Shown here one piece after another: positions 8,467-15,577 of a stretch of DNA of 20,210 nucleotides. The position numbers were made by a program, and so were the translations under genes. The DNA lies in assembly GCF_028285745.1 (NCBI RefSeq), contig NZ_JANQOP010000042.1, forward strand, positions 1 to 20,210, given 5' to 3'. Numbering within the stretch: the stretch's first letter is position 1; each line of letters opens with the position of its first letter. Source of the stretch: Acaryochloris sp. IP29b_bin.137 (GTDB lineage: Bacteria; Cyanobacteriota; Cyanobacteriia; Thermosynechococcales; Thermosynechococcaceae). The notes beneath the pieces are model-generated. The model saw only the letters and a list, made by a program, of their open reading frames with translations. It had not been told where the DNA came from and searched no databases.

Positions 8467-8508
8467 TCAGAAATCAAGGTGATTTTGAGGATAAATACCG
8501 CGTATTTA
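8467..8508. promoter_or_regulatory. Two adjacent inverted repeats upstream of the CIS operon (candidate operator or 5' leader hairpins)
   Basis: TCA(g)AAATCA-agg-TGATTTTGA at 8467-8488 (9 bp with one bulge) and TAAATAC-cgc-GTATTTA at 8492-8508 (7 perfect bp), located 39-80 bp upstream of the TTG start. Confidence 0.35.
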
Positions 8509-8780
8509 GCAGTTGCCCCCCGAAAAATGGCTTAGCTTAATAATTTTTTACAGAATTAAATTTCGATTACTGAATAATTCTTTAATGAAATCTGAATCCT
8601 TAAATTTTTTCCTTGTAATCCCTTGAAGCTCTTTTTCCGCAAGCATTCTGAGGCGATCGTTTTTTGCTCACCTATGAGACTTAGCCCCATTTAATATTGC
8701 TCGCCGAACCACAATTTTTAAAAAAAACCTGAAATCCAGAGGTTATCAAGGTTTGGTCGATCTATTTTTAGCAAATAGCA

Positions 8781-8803
8781 ATTAAAATATTCCATTAAAA
8801 TAT
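8781..8803. repeat. Short direct repeat ATTAAAATAT-tcc-ATTAAAATAT upstream of HU
   Basis: Two identical 10-bp copies, 8781-8790 and 8794-8803, 13-bp period. Confidence 0.6.
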
Positions 8804-8938
8804 CGTGGCTGCGACATTTCAGCCTGTTAGGTTGTAAAAAGGCTCTAGAAAAATTGCGTAATTTTATAGGGTTTAGTCAAAATCAGCAGACTCGAGTATT
8901 TTTTGCTTACGCTTAATTAAACAAATAGGAGTCAATCA

Positions 8939-9220
8939 ATGAATAAAGGAGAACTCGTTGACGCTGTAGCTGATAAGGCAAGTGTCACGAAAAAGCAGGC
9001 GGATGCAGTTCTTTCTGCTGCCTTAGAGGCCATTGTTGAAACCGTCTCTTCTGGGGAAAAAGTCACCTTGGTGGGATTTGGCTCATTTGAACCTCGCGAA
9101 CGTAAAGCCCGTGAGGGTCGCAATCCCAAAACCGGTGCAAAAATGAAGATTCCCGCAACTAAGGTTCCAGCTTTCTCTGCAGGTAAGCTATTCAAGGAAA
9201 AAGTTGCCCCTAAAAAGTAA
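8939..9220 (+). CDS. hup: HU family DNA-binding protein
   Basis: 93 aa MNKGELVDAVADKASVTKKQADAVLSAALEAIVETVSSGEKVTLVGFGSFEPRERKAREGRNPKTGAKMKIPATKVPAFSAGKLFKEKV, with classic HU signature GFGSFE.RERKAREGRNP.TG. AGGAG-type RBS upstream. Confidence 0.97.
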   Translation: MNKGELVDAVADKASVTKKQADAVLSAALEAIVETVSSGEKVTLVGFGSFEPRERKAREGRNPKTGAKMKIPATKVPAFSAGKLFKEKVAPKK

Positions 9221-9258
9221 TTCTCTTAACCATCTGAATTCTGTATGAGGCGTAACAT

Positions 9259-10362
9259 TTGAATCGCCCTATACATGGGGGCAACCTGGCATGGGCTGCA
9301 GACTTAGCAGGTTGCTCTCCTCACTCCATTCTTGATTTCTCGGCCAGTATTAACCCGCTGGGGCCACCGCAAACTGCGATCTCAGCCGTCCAAGCCCACC
9401 TTGATACCCTAACCACCTATCCTGATCCAAGCTGTAAGGCTATCTGTCAGACATTAAGCCGCATTCATCAACTGCCGATGAATTGGTTTCTGCCTGGCAA
9501 TGGATCTGCAGAGTTACTAACCTGGGCCTGTCGCGACCTTGCCCAGTTGCCTGCAACGGCGATGGTCACGCCAGCGTTTGCCGATTATCGAAGAGCGTTA
9601 AACGCATTTCAAGCTCAAATTCGTTCGTTTTCGCTGGACTTTAAAGCAGGCCAGAACGATTCCCTACCCGGTTTGATGGATCAAGTCTTGACTTCGATTG
9701 GTCAGTCTACTGAAATCTCTGAGTCAGGCCTATTGCTGAATAATCCTCACAATCCAACCGGACAGATCCTATCCCTCAATCAAACAGAGCGCCTACTTAA
9801 CCAATTTGCATGGGTTGTGGTGGATGAAGCCTTTATGGATTTTGTCCCATCTCAGGATCAGTTCAGCCTGATTCCTAAAATACAAGATTTTCCAAATCTC
9901 ATCATCTTGCGCTCTTTGACCAAGTTTTATAGTCTCCCAGGTTTACGCTTGGGCTATGCCGTGGGTCATCCCGACCATCTGCAGCGATGGCAGCAGTGGC
10001 GTGATCCCTGGTCGGTGAATTCTCTGGCTATGGCGGCTGGCGTGGCTGTTTTAGAAGATCATGCTTTTCAAACACAAACGATGCATTGGTTACCCCATGC
10101 CCGCTCTCAGCTTATGACAGGGTTAATAGAGCGGGGATTTCGCCCCTATCAAAGTGCTGCAAATTTTTTATTGGTTGCCACAGATGTTTCAGTGCCGTCC
10201 CTACAAGAAGTCCTGTTAAAACATCATCAGATTCTGATTCGGGATTGCCTGAGTTTCCCGGAGTTGGGAGAGCACTTCTTTCGCGTTGCGGTGCGAACGC
10301 CTGAGGAAAATCAGCGGTTGCTCAATGCTTTGGCGCACTGCATGCCAAGCATATCTGTATAA
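9259..10362 (+). CDS. cobD: CobD-like threonine-phosphate decarboxylase / class I-II PLP aminotransferase
   Basis: 367 aa: N-terminal HGGNLAWAA..AGCSP..ILDFSASINPLGPP, YPDP, PGNGSAELL, NPHNPTG, VVDEAFMDF, and PLP lysine region LRSLTKFYSLPGLRLGYAVG. TTG start codon. Confidence 0.85.
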   Translation: MNRPIHGGNLAWAADLAGCSPHSILDFSASINPLGPPQTAISAVQAHLDTLTTYPDPSCKAICQTLSRIHQLPMNWFLPGNGSAELLTWACRDLAQLPATAMVTPAFADYRRALNAFQAQIRSFSLDFKAGQNDSLPGLMDQVLTSIGQSTEISESGLLLNNPHNPTGQILSLNQTERLLNQFAWVVVDEAFMDFVPSQDQFSLIPKIQDFPNLIILRSLTKFYSLPGLRLGYAVGHPDHLQRWQQWRDPWSVNSLAMAAGVAVLEDHAFQTQTMHWLPHARSQLMTGLIERGFRPYQSAANFLLVATDVSVPSLQEVLLKHHQILIRDCLSFPELGEHFFRVAVRTPEENQRLLNALAHCMPSISV

Positions 10363-10394
10363 CATTGATAGAACGGGATCATCTGGAATAAGGT

Positions 10395-11702
10395 ATGGCG
10401 GTTGATTACGATTTAGTGGTGGTGGGAAATAATACCGCGGCCCGTTTTGCTGCGATCGCAGCAAAAGAACGTTCAGCGCGGGTTGCCTTTATTTCCGTCG
10501 CGCCGGAAGTGATTCCCCATCATTTATTTTTGAATCAATGGAGCCAGACCCGACCTCATCAATGTTCCCTAAAAGCATGGGCTGAGGCCAGGACAATGAC
10601 CTGGCAAGCGCCGCATTCTCCTGCTCAGTTGGCTAACTTGGGCATTGAGCAAATTAATGGAGCAGTCCAGTTTCGAAAGGAACCTCAGCTTCAGGTACAT
10701 GTTCAAGATCGGGTGTTGCGATCGCGCCGCTATCTGCTTTGCCTTGATGCCGATCAATGTCCTCCCACTATTCCAGGTGTGCAGACAGAGGATTGGATTT
10801 TCCCCGCCAATATTATTGAATATTTAGACAATCTAGCCCCTTCTCTGTCACACCCTATTCTGGTTGTGGGAGGGGGGCCAATCTCGACCATTCTCTGCCA
10901 AGCCATTGCCCGTCTCGGATATCCAGTTACTTTGCTCTGCGAACATCCCCATATTCTGCCTTGGGAAGATCCAGAGGCTGCCGCTCGGATCCAAGCCCAT
11001 TTGGAGGCAGATGGCGTTCAGATCTTTTCCCGTTGTCAAATTAAAGAAGTAATTCCGAAATCCCAGTCCTTCTATCAAGTCGTGACGAATTATGGTGAAC
11101 TGACCGTAGATAGGTTAGTTTGGGCAGCAGAACCTTTATCATCAGCGATTCATCCCAGCCGGATGGATGTTGAACTTCAGCACCGTTCCCAAGGACTATG
11201 GGTCAACCCTCAACTCCAGACGTCTTCTTCTCAAATTTATGCCTGTGGTTCAGTCTTAGGGGGGTATACCCTTGCTGATATTACTCACCACGAAGCCTTA
11301 GTGGCGGTTAGAAATGTCTTGTCAAAACGGCAGACGACGGTGGATTATCGACTCGTGCCCTGGTCAATTCAAACCGCTCCAGCGCTAGCAAGGGTCGGGT
11401 TGACAGAACAACAAGCCCAACAACAGCAGCTATCCTTTCGAGTAGTATATCCTTCCCTTCTCAATACGCCCACAGGTCGGCTCCAAAATCTGACGGCAGG
11501 CTGGAGTAAGTTGATTGTCCAAGCGGATGGACAGATTCTAGGCGCCCATGTGATTGGTCCGACTGCTGCAGAAATTATTTATGGGGTTACGATCGCGATC
11601 CAACAGCGTTGCCCAATCTCCAAATTAGCGGATGGGGCCGCTTTTAGCTCAAGTTACAGCAGCATAATCGGTCAAGTCGCTTGTCAGTGGTCCAATCGGT
11701 AG
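10395..11702 (+). CDS. FAD/NAD(P)-dependent oxidoreductase of the pyridine nucleotide-disulfide oxidoreductase fold, lacking the redox-active disulfide motif
   Basis: 435 aa: N-terminal VVVGNNTAARFAAIAA, second Rossmann VVGGGPISTILCQAIARLGYPVTLLCEHPHILPWEDPEA, QIYACGSVLGG, and C-terminal dimerisation-like domain (RVGLTEQQA...GWSKLIVQADGQILGAHVIGPTAAEII). Confidence 0.85.
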   Translation: MAVDYDLVVVGNNTAARFAAIAAKERSARVAFISVAPEVIPHHLFLNQWSQTRPHQCSLKAWAEARTMTWQAPHSPAQLANLGIEQINGAVQFRKEPQLQVHVQDRVLRSRRYLLCLDADQCPPTIPGVQTEDWIFPANIIEYLDNLAPSLSHPILVVGGGPISTILCQAIARLGYPVTLLCEHPHILPWEDPEAAARIQAHLEADGVQIFSRCQIKEVIPKSQSFYQVVTNYGELTVDRLVWAAEPLSSAIHPSRMDVELQHRSQGLWVNPQLQTSSSQIYACGSVLGGYTLADITHHEALVAVRNVLSKRQTTVDYRLVPWSIQTAPALARVGLTEQQAQQQQLSFRVVYPSLLNTPTGRLQNLTAGWSKLIVQADGQILGAHVIGPTAAEIIYGVTIAIQQRCPISKLADGAAFSSSYSSIIGQVACQWSNR

Positions 11703-11716
11703 CCTAACCTTATGGT

Positions 11717-12724
11717 TTAAACCGACTGAGGGGCTTGTCCCATCGTTTCGCGACCGTGGGGAGCCGATAAACGGGTAATATCTGGTCCAGCGGGGATAAT
11801 TCCGCCAGGATTCAAGGGGAATAGGGTGCCATAATAGCTTTGCTTAACGGCGTCTAGATTACAGGTATCTGCCACGCCGGGAAGTTGATACAAATCATGC
11901 AGATAAGCTCCTAAATGGGGGTAGTCTTGAATTCGTCTGCGATTGCACTTAAACAAGCCGTAGTAGGCTACATCAAAACGGAACAGGGTGGGAAACAGGC
12001 GAACATCGGCTAGGGTAAGGGAATCGCCGCAAAGGTAGCGGTGATTGGCCAAGACTTGATCCAGCTCATCCAACACTTGGAAGAGTTCGTTCACCGCTTG
12101 ATCATAGGCGGCTTGGGTTTGAGCAAAGCCACAACGATAGACTCCATTATTGACCGCATGATAGATTTTCTCGTTCCACTGGTCGATCTGGCGACGTAAC
12201 GATTCTGGATAAAGGTCTAGTTCTGGCTGCTGGGCCACAGCATTAAAGGCTGAATTGAGAATCAGAATAATTTCCGAGCTTTCGTTATTGACAATCCTTT
12301 GGGTCTGAGTATCCCAAAGGACTGGAACGGTGCAGCGCCCCTCATAACTGGGTTGGGCAAGGTGATAGAGATCCCTGAGACTGTTGCACCCCTGATGTTG
12401 GGAGACAAAGACCCACCCTCCGTCGGTTGCTGACGGCTGAACGACCACAACATCAATAACGTCTTGGAGACCCTTCAAGGCCCGAACCACTAGGGTTCGA
12501 TGGGCCCAGGGACAACCTAATCCCACGTATAGCCTATATCGCCGATTCTCAGCAGGAAAAGCAGACTCGGGACCTGCAATGGTTTGTCGAAATTGGCTAT
12601 CAGGACGAACATAGGCTCCTTCCTTGCTGCGAGGGGCCATATTCGACATCATTAGATTCCACAGGGTGGTCCAAGCAAATTTTCCCAGTCCAATAATGGC
12701 TTTCGGTGGCAGAGATTTACCCAT
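11717..12724 (-). CDS. Glutathione S-transferase family protein, glutathionyl-hydroquinone reductase (Ecm4/YqjG)-like
   Basis: 335 aa with YVRPDSQFRQTI.....FPAENRRYRLYVGLGCPWAHRTLVVRALKGLQDVIDVVVV.P and C-terminal GST helical part HRYLCGDSLTLADVRLFPTLFRFDVAYYGLFKCN. Confidence 0.88.
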   Translation of the reverse strand: MGKSLPPKAIIGLGKFAWTTLWNLMMSNMAPRSKEGAYVRPDSQFRQTIAGPESAFPAENRRYRLYVGLGCPWAHRTLVVRALKGLQDVIDVVVVQPSATDGGWVFVSQHQGCNSLRDLYHLAQPSYEGRCTVPVLWDTQTQRIVNNESSEIILILNSAFNAVAQQPELDLYPESLRRQIDQWNEKIYHAVNNGVYRCGFAQTQAAYDQAVNELFQVLDELDQVLANHRYLCGDSLTLADVRLFPTLFRFDVAYYGLFKCNRRRIQDYPHLGAYLHDLYQLPGVADTCNLDAVKQSYYGTLFPLNPGGIIPAGPDITRLSAPHGRETMGQAPQSV

Positions 12725-13063
12725 GGCGATCTCCTTCAGTCACTCAAGGATTACCTTTAGCTTTGATATTAACCGAGGGTATCAATAGCCCTAAGACCTT
12801 CCCCTATCGTCAATACCCCATTGATGACTAGCCTAAAGGTTTCAGCTAGCGGATTGAAGACCAAGGACAAAATAGTAGCTCCCGGAGAACCATTGCATTA
12901 TTGTCCTTTCCAAGACGCAATAAAGGTGAAATGATCTTTAGCTTCGCTTGGTTGGCTAAATTTGTCTACTAGAGTAAGAAGTGCAGTTTGCTTCATCTAT
13001 CGTCTTCAGGATTTCGCTGTTTGAAGCTTTGATGGTTATCCCCTCTCAACCCCGGATAAGAAC

Positions 13064-13441
13064 ATGCGTGGACTTGTTTTAACCCTACTTGCAACAGCTC
13101 TCAGCCTATTAGTGGTCGATTTCGTGTTTGCAGGCGTTGAGATTGCCAACTTTCCTGTTGCGATCGCAGCAGCCATATCGATTGGTATTGTCAATGCCAT
13201 AGTTAAACCGATCCTCACCATTCTCTCGTTTCCCCTAACCTTGTTAACCCTGGGAGGATTCTTATTAGTCCTGAATGGGATCTGTTTTTCTCTGGCATCC
13301 GTATTTGTGCAAGGCTTTCAAGTGCATGGTTTACTAGCATTCTTGTTGGGGCCAATTTTGCTCTCGTTGACCAACGCATTCTTGAATCGGTACTTGATCA
13401 CAGATACGCCTTCTCAAGGGACGGATGGGGAGCGCTCCTAA
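13064..13441 (+). CDS. Phage holin family (four-TM, PF04020-like) membrane protein; probably a cellular membrane protein, not prophage
   Basis: 125 aa, strongly hydrophobic, four TM-like stretches, motif NAIVKPILTILSFPLTLLTLGGFLLVLNG....L...FV.GF.V.G..AFLLGPILLSL.N. Confidence 0.85.
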   Translation: MRGLVLTLLATALSLLVVDFVFAGVEIANFPVAIAAAISIGIVNAIVKPILTILSFPLTLLTLGGFLLVLNGICFSLASVFVQGFQVHGLLAFLLGPILLSLTNAFLNRYLITDTPSQGTDGERS

Positions 13442-13482
13442 TAACGAGGTCTTGCTTGGAACCCTGACTCTGCTGGCCCCTA

Positions 13483-13773
13483 TTAGCCTGCGATTAAATC
13501 TCGTGTCAGTACTTCAAGGGGAGGATGGATGGCCACCTTCACTTTCAACGGACAGCATAATTCTTTCCGAGATTGAGCCAGTTCTCGAATCAACAGCAGC
13601 CGGGATTGAAGATATGCTTTGGTATTGGCTTCCTCGCTAGTAGGCAGCAAGTTGCGCTCTTTAAGATTAGTGAGCAAGACTTGAACCAGTTGTTTGTCAT
13701 TGAGTTGTGTGAGGACATCGGTCTGAGTCGTTTCAATCACTTCCCAAACTTGTCGGAGACGATTGGAATTCAT
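13483..13773 (-). CDS. Small conserved hypothetical protein (96 aa)
   Basis: Track ORF 13483..13911, but the natural start is probably the internal ATG at 13773: MNSNRLRQVWEVIETTQTDVLTQLNDKQLVQVLLTNLKERNLLPTSEEANTKAYLQSRLLLIRELAQSR. The upstream extension is Cys/Lys-rich and unconvincing. Confidence 0.7.
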   Translation of the reverse strand: MNSNRLRQVWEVIETTQTDVLTQLNDKQLVQVLLTNLKERNLLPTSEEANTKAYLQSRLLLIRELAQSRKELCCPLKVKVAIHPPLEVLTRDLIAG

Positions 13774-14023
13774 TACAGTCACCCTAGGTGAGGGTTTTTC
13801 TTGTCGAAAACTGAGTTTAGAACACGTTTTAATATTTTCTTTATATTTGCTTCCTTCCAATTCTACGCTTATCGTTGAGCAACCCACTGTCAGATCAACC
13901 ACAAAACACATAAATTAACTTGAGCAACATATAAGTTAACTCCTGGGTGCAAAGGATTGCACAAATTGAGGAGTGACGCCTCCGCAAGTGAGAGGGGAGA
14001 TGGGCAGACGGCCATTTGGAGGG

Positions 14024-14521
14024 TTAGATACTTAGAATTCGCCCCAGCCAAGTATCGGCTTTTTGCTGAAGCTGATGCTTGCGTTCCCATCGGCGGAACG
14101 CCTGTTCGTAGGCTTCATCGCCAGTGTGGAAGACATTCCAGGCATTAAGTCCCAGTCGGAGTCCCCACAACAGGGCAATATAGAGGGACCAGGGGAACGA
14201 AAATCCCATTAAGGCATTGACTAAGATGAGACTGGAATTTGCGATCGCATATCGTCCGGCTTTCTTGCGTAAATTGGCCCGACGGTACTGATCGAAGCTT
14301 TGCCGCCTAGCCAGCTCGCTTTGCTGAGTTTTGACGTTCTGAATGGCTTGGTCTAGCGTGGGCTGGGGGATGCCAAGTTCTTCAGCAATTTCGAGAAGTT
14401 GGGCATGGGAAAACTCGCCATCGTAGTCTTGTTGCGCGATCGCAAGGTTTAATATTTGCTGAACTTGCTCTTGGCTGTAGGTCAATGTGGCTTTTGAGGG
14501 GTTAATGGCCATTCCATACAA
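14024..14521 (-). CDS. 2TM domain-containing protein
   Basis: 165 aa: predicted N-terminal helix-rich region then RRANLRKKAGRYAIANSSLILVNALMGFSFPWSLYIALLWGLRLGLNAWNVFHTGDEAYEQAFRRWERK, characteristic of the 2TM domain. Start could be the internal ATG at 14512 (MAINPSK). Confidence 0.8.
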   Translation of the reverse strand: MYGMAINPSKATLTYSQEQVQQILNLAIAQQDYDGEFSHAQLLEIAEELGIPQPTLDQAIQNVKTQQSELARRQSFDQYRRANLRKKAGRYAIANSSLILVNALMGFSFPWSLYIALLWGLRLGLNAWNVFHTGDEAYEQAFRRWERKHQLQQKADTWLGRILSI

Positions 14522-14744
14522 TCTCTTGCCTCATTCTAATTATTGCAAATGGGAAAGGATCAACTTCAAGATCTGAGTCGAACGAACCCTAAACCTGTCC
14601 TCAAACCCATCAATCCCAAAAGCGGTGGCTTGAGGGGAGAATCGGCTGGGCGAAAGCTTTGCTGACGTTGGGTATGGAGACAGGCCAACGGGTACGGTAA
14701 TTTCTACAGTTGGGCCCAAGGGACAAGCGGAGGTTAAGCCGCAA

Positions 14745-15356
14745 CTACCAAATTTGCCTCATTTTCAATCGGAATCCAGGGAGTTCTGGCTCACAATTCA
14801 CAAATTCTGGGTTGTTTAAGATCTCAGGCGGCTTGTGGGGGCGGTAAACACGGACTTGGCAGCTTTTTCGATCAATGAGTAACCCTAATCGCACACCATT
14901 TGCCATATACTCCTCCATCTTCTCCTGCAGTCTGATCAGCGAATCACTGCTAGACCGTAGCTCTACCACAAAATCCGGTGAGATAGGGGCAAATGAAGCC
15001 TGCTCTTCTGGGGATAGCGCTTGCCAACGCTCAGATTGGATCCAAGCTGCATCTGGAGAAAGGGTCGCGCCATTCGGTAAAGTAAAGCCAGCGCTAGAAT
15101 CAAACACTTCTCCAGTATTGTTTTTATCTGCCCAGTTACCAATTTGTTGAGCGATTTTGAAATTCCGATTTCCTGTATCGGCAAAAGCAGGTGGCATAAC
15201 GGTGACTTCCCCACTAGCGCTGCGTTCGATGCGGAGTTCTGGGTTGGTACGGCAAAATTCGCAGAACTGCCGGTAACTCATTTGTTGAGTTGAGATCAGC
15301 GCCGAGAGATCAATCGGCAATGAAATTTTTTCGGATTTGACAATAAGGCTAGTCAT
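14745..15356 (-). CDS. Uma2 family (DUF820) putative restriction-endonuclease-like protein
   Basis: 203 aa: SYRQFCEFCRTNPELRIERSASGEVTVMPPAFADTGNRNFKIAQQIGNWA...GEVFDSSAGFTLPNGATLSPDAAWIQSERW...PISPDFVVELRSSSDSL..LQEKMEEYMANGVRLGLLIDRKSCQVRVYRP. Confidence 0.93.
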   Translation of the reverse strand: MTSLIVKSEKISLPIDLSALISTQQMSYRQFCEFCRTNPELRIERSASGEVTVMPPAFADTGNRNFKIAQQIGNWADKNNTGEVFDSSAGFTLPNGATLSPDAAWIQSERWQALSPEEQASFAPISPDFVVELRSSSDSLIRLQEKMEEYMANGVRLGLLIDRKSCQVRVYRPHKPPEILNNPEFVNCEPELPGFRLKMRQIW

Positions 15357-15577
15357 TTGGCCGGCACTTAATTGGGGAAGTAGTCTTTCTGCTTCTTCAT
15401 TGTATCGAAGGCTAGATTACGGTGAGTTGAGCTGTTTTCTTAGATTGTGGAAGGATTGGGCACAGCTGATATACAAGATAATCATCTTGCTACATATCTC
15501 TTTGCTAAACTTATAGAATTTTCAACCCTATTTCGGGCCCCTCCATCTCCATCGCCTTTCACGCCTTTGTTCAACTG

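Noticed and set aside
8720-8744. Hairpin AACCT/AGGTT followed by a T-run when read on the minus strand
   Set aside because: The stem is only 5 bp and AT-containing. It lies upstream of the CIS operon with no gene to terminate, so it is too weak to call as a terminator or attenuator.
11703-11724. GGTTTAAACC palindrome at the convergent junction of the flavoprotein and GST genes
   Set aside because: Partly coding (last codons of the GST-like gene) and only 10 bp with no loop or T-tract. Most likely coincidental.
13064-13441. 'Holin' as evidence of a prophage
   Set aside because: This 4-TM family is widespread in bacterial chromosomes. No lysin, integrase, capsid or terminase is nearby, and the CIS genes are 5 kb away on the other strand.
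13425-13640. 71-aa + strand ORF overlapping the end of the 4-TM protein gene
   Set aside because: It overlaps both the 4-TM gene and the more credible minus-strand 96-aa ORF, and has no conserved features.
15357-15577. Possible glycine riboswitch upstream of gcvP
   Set aside because: I looked for the paired aptamer pattern upstream of the glycine cleavage gene and saw no convincing conserved core; the leader is short.
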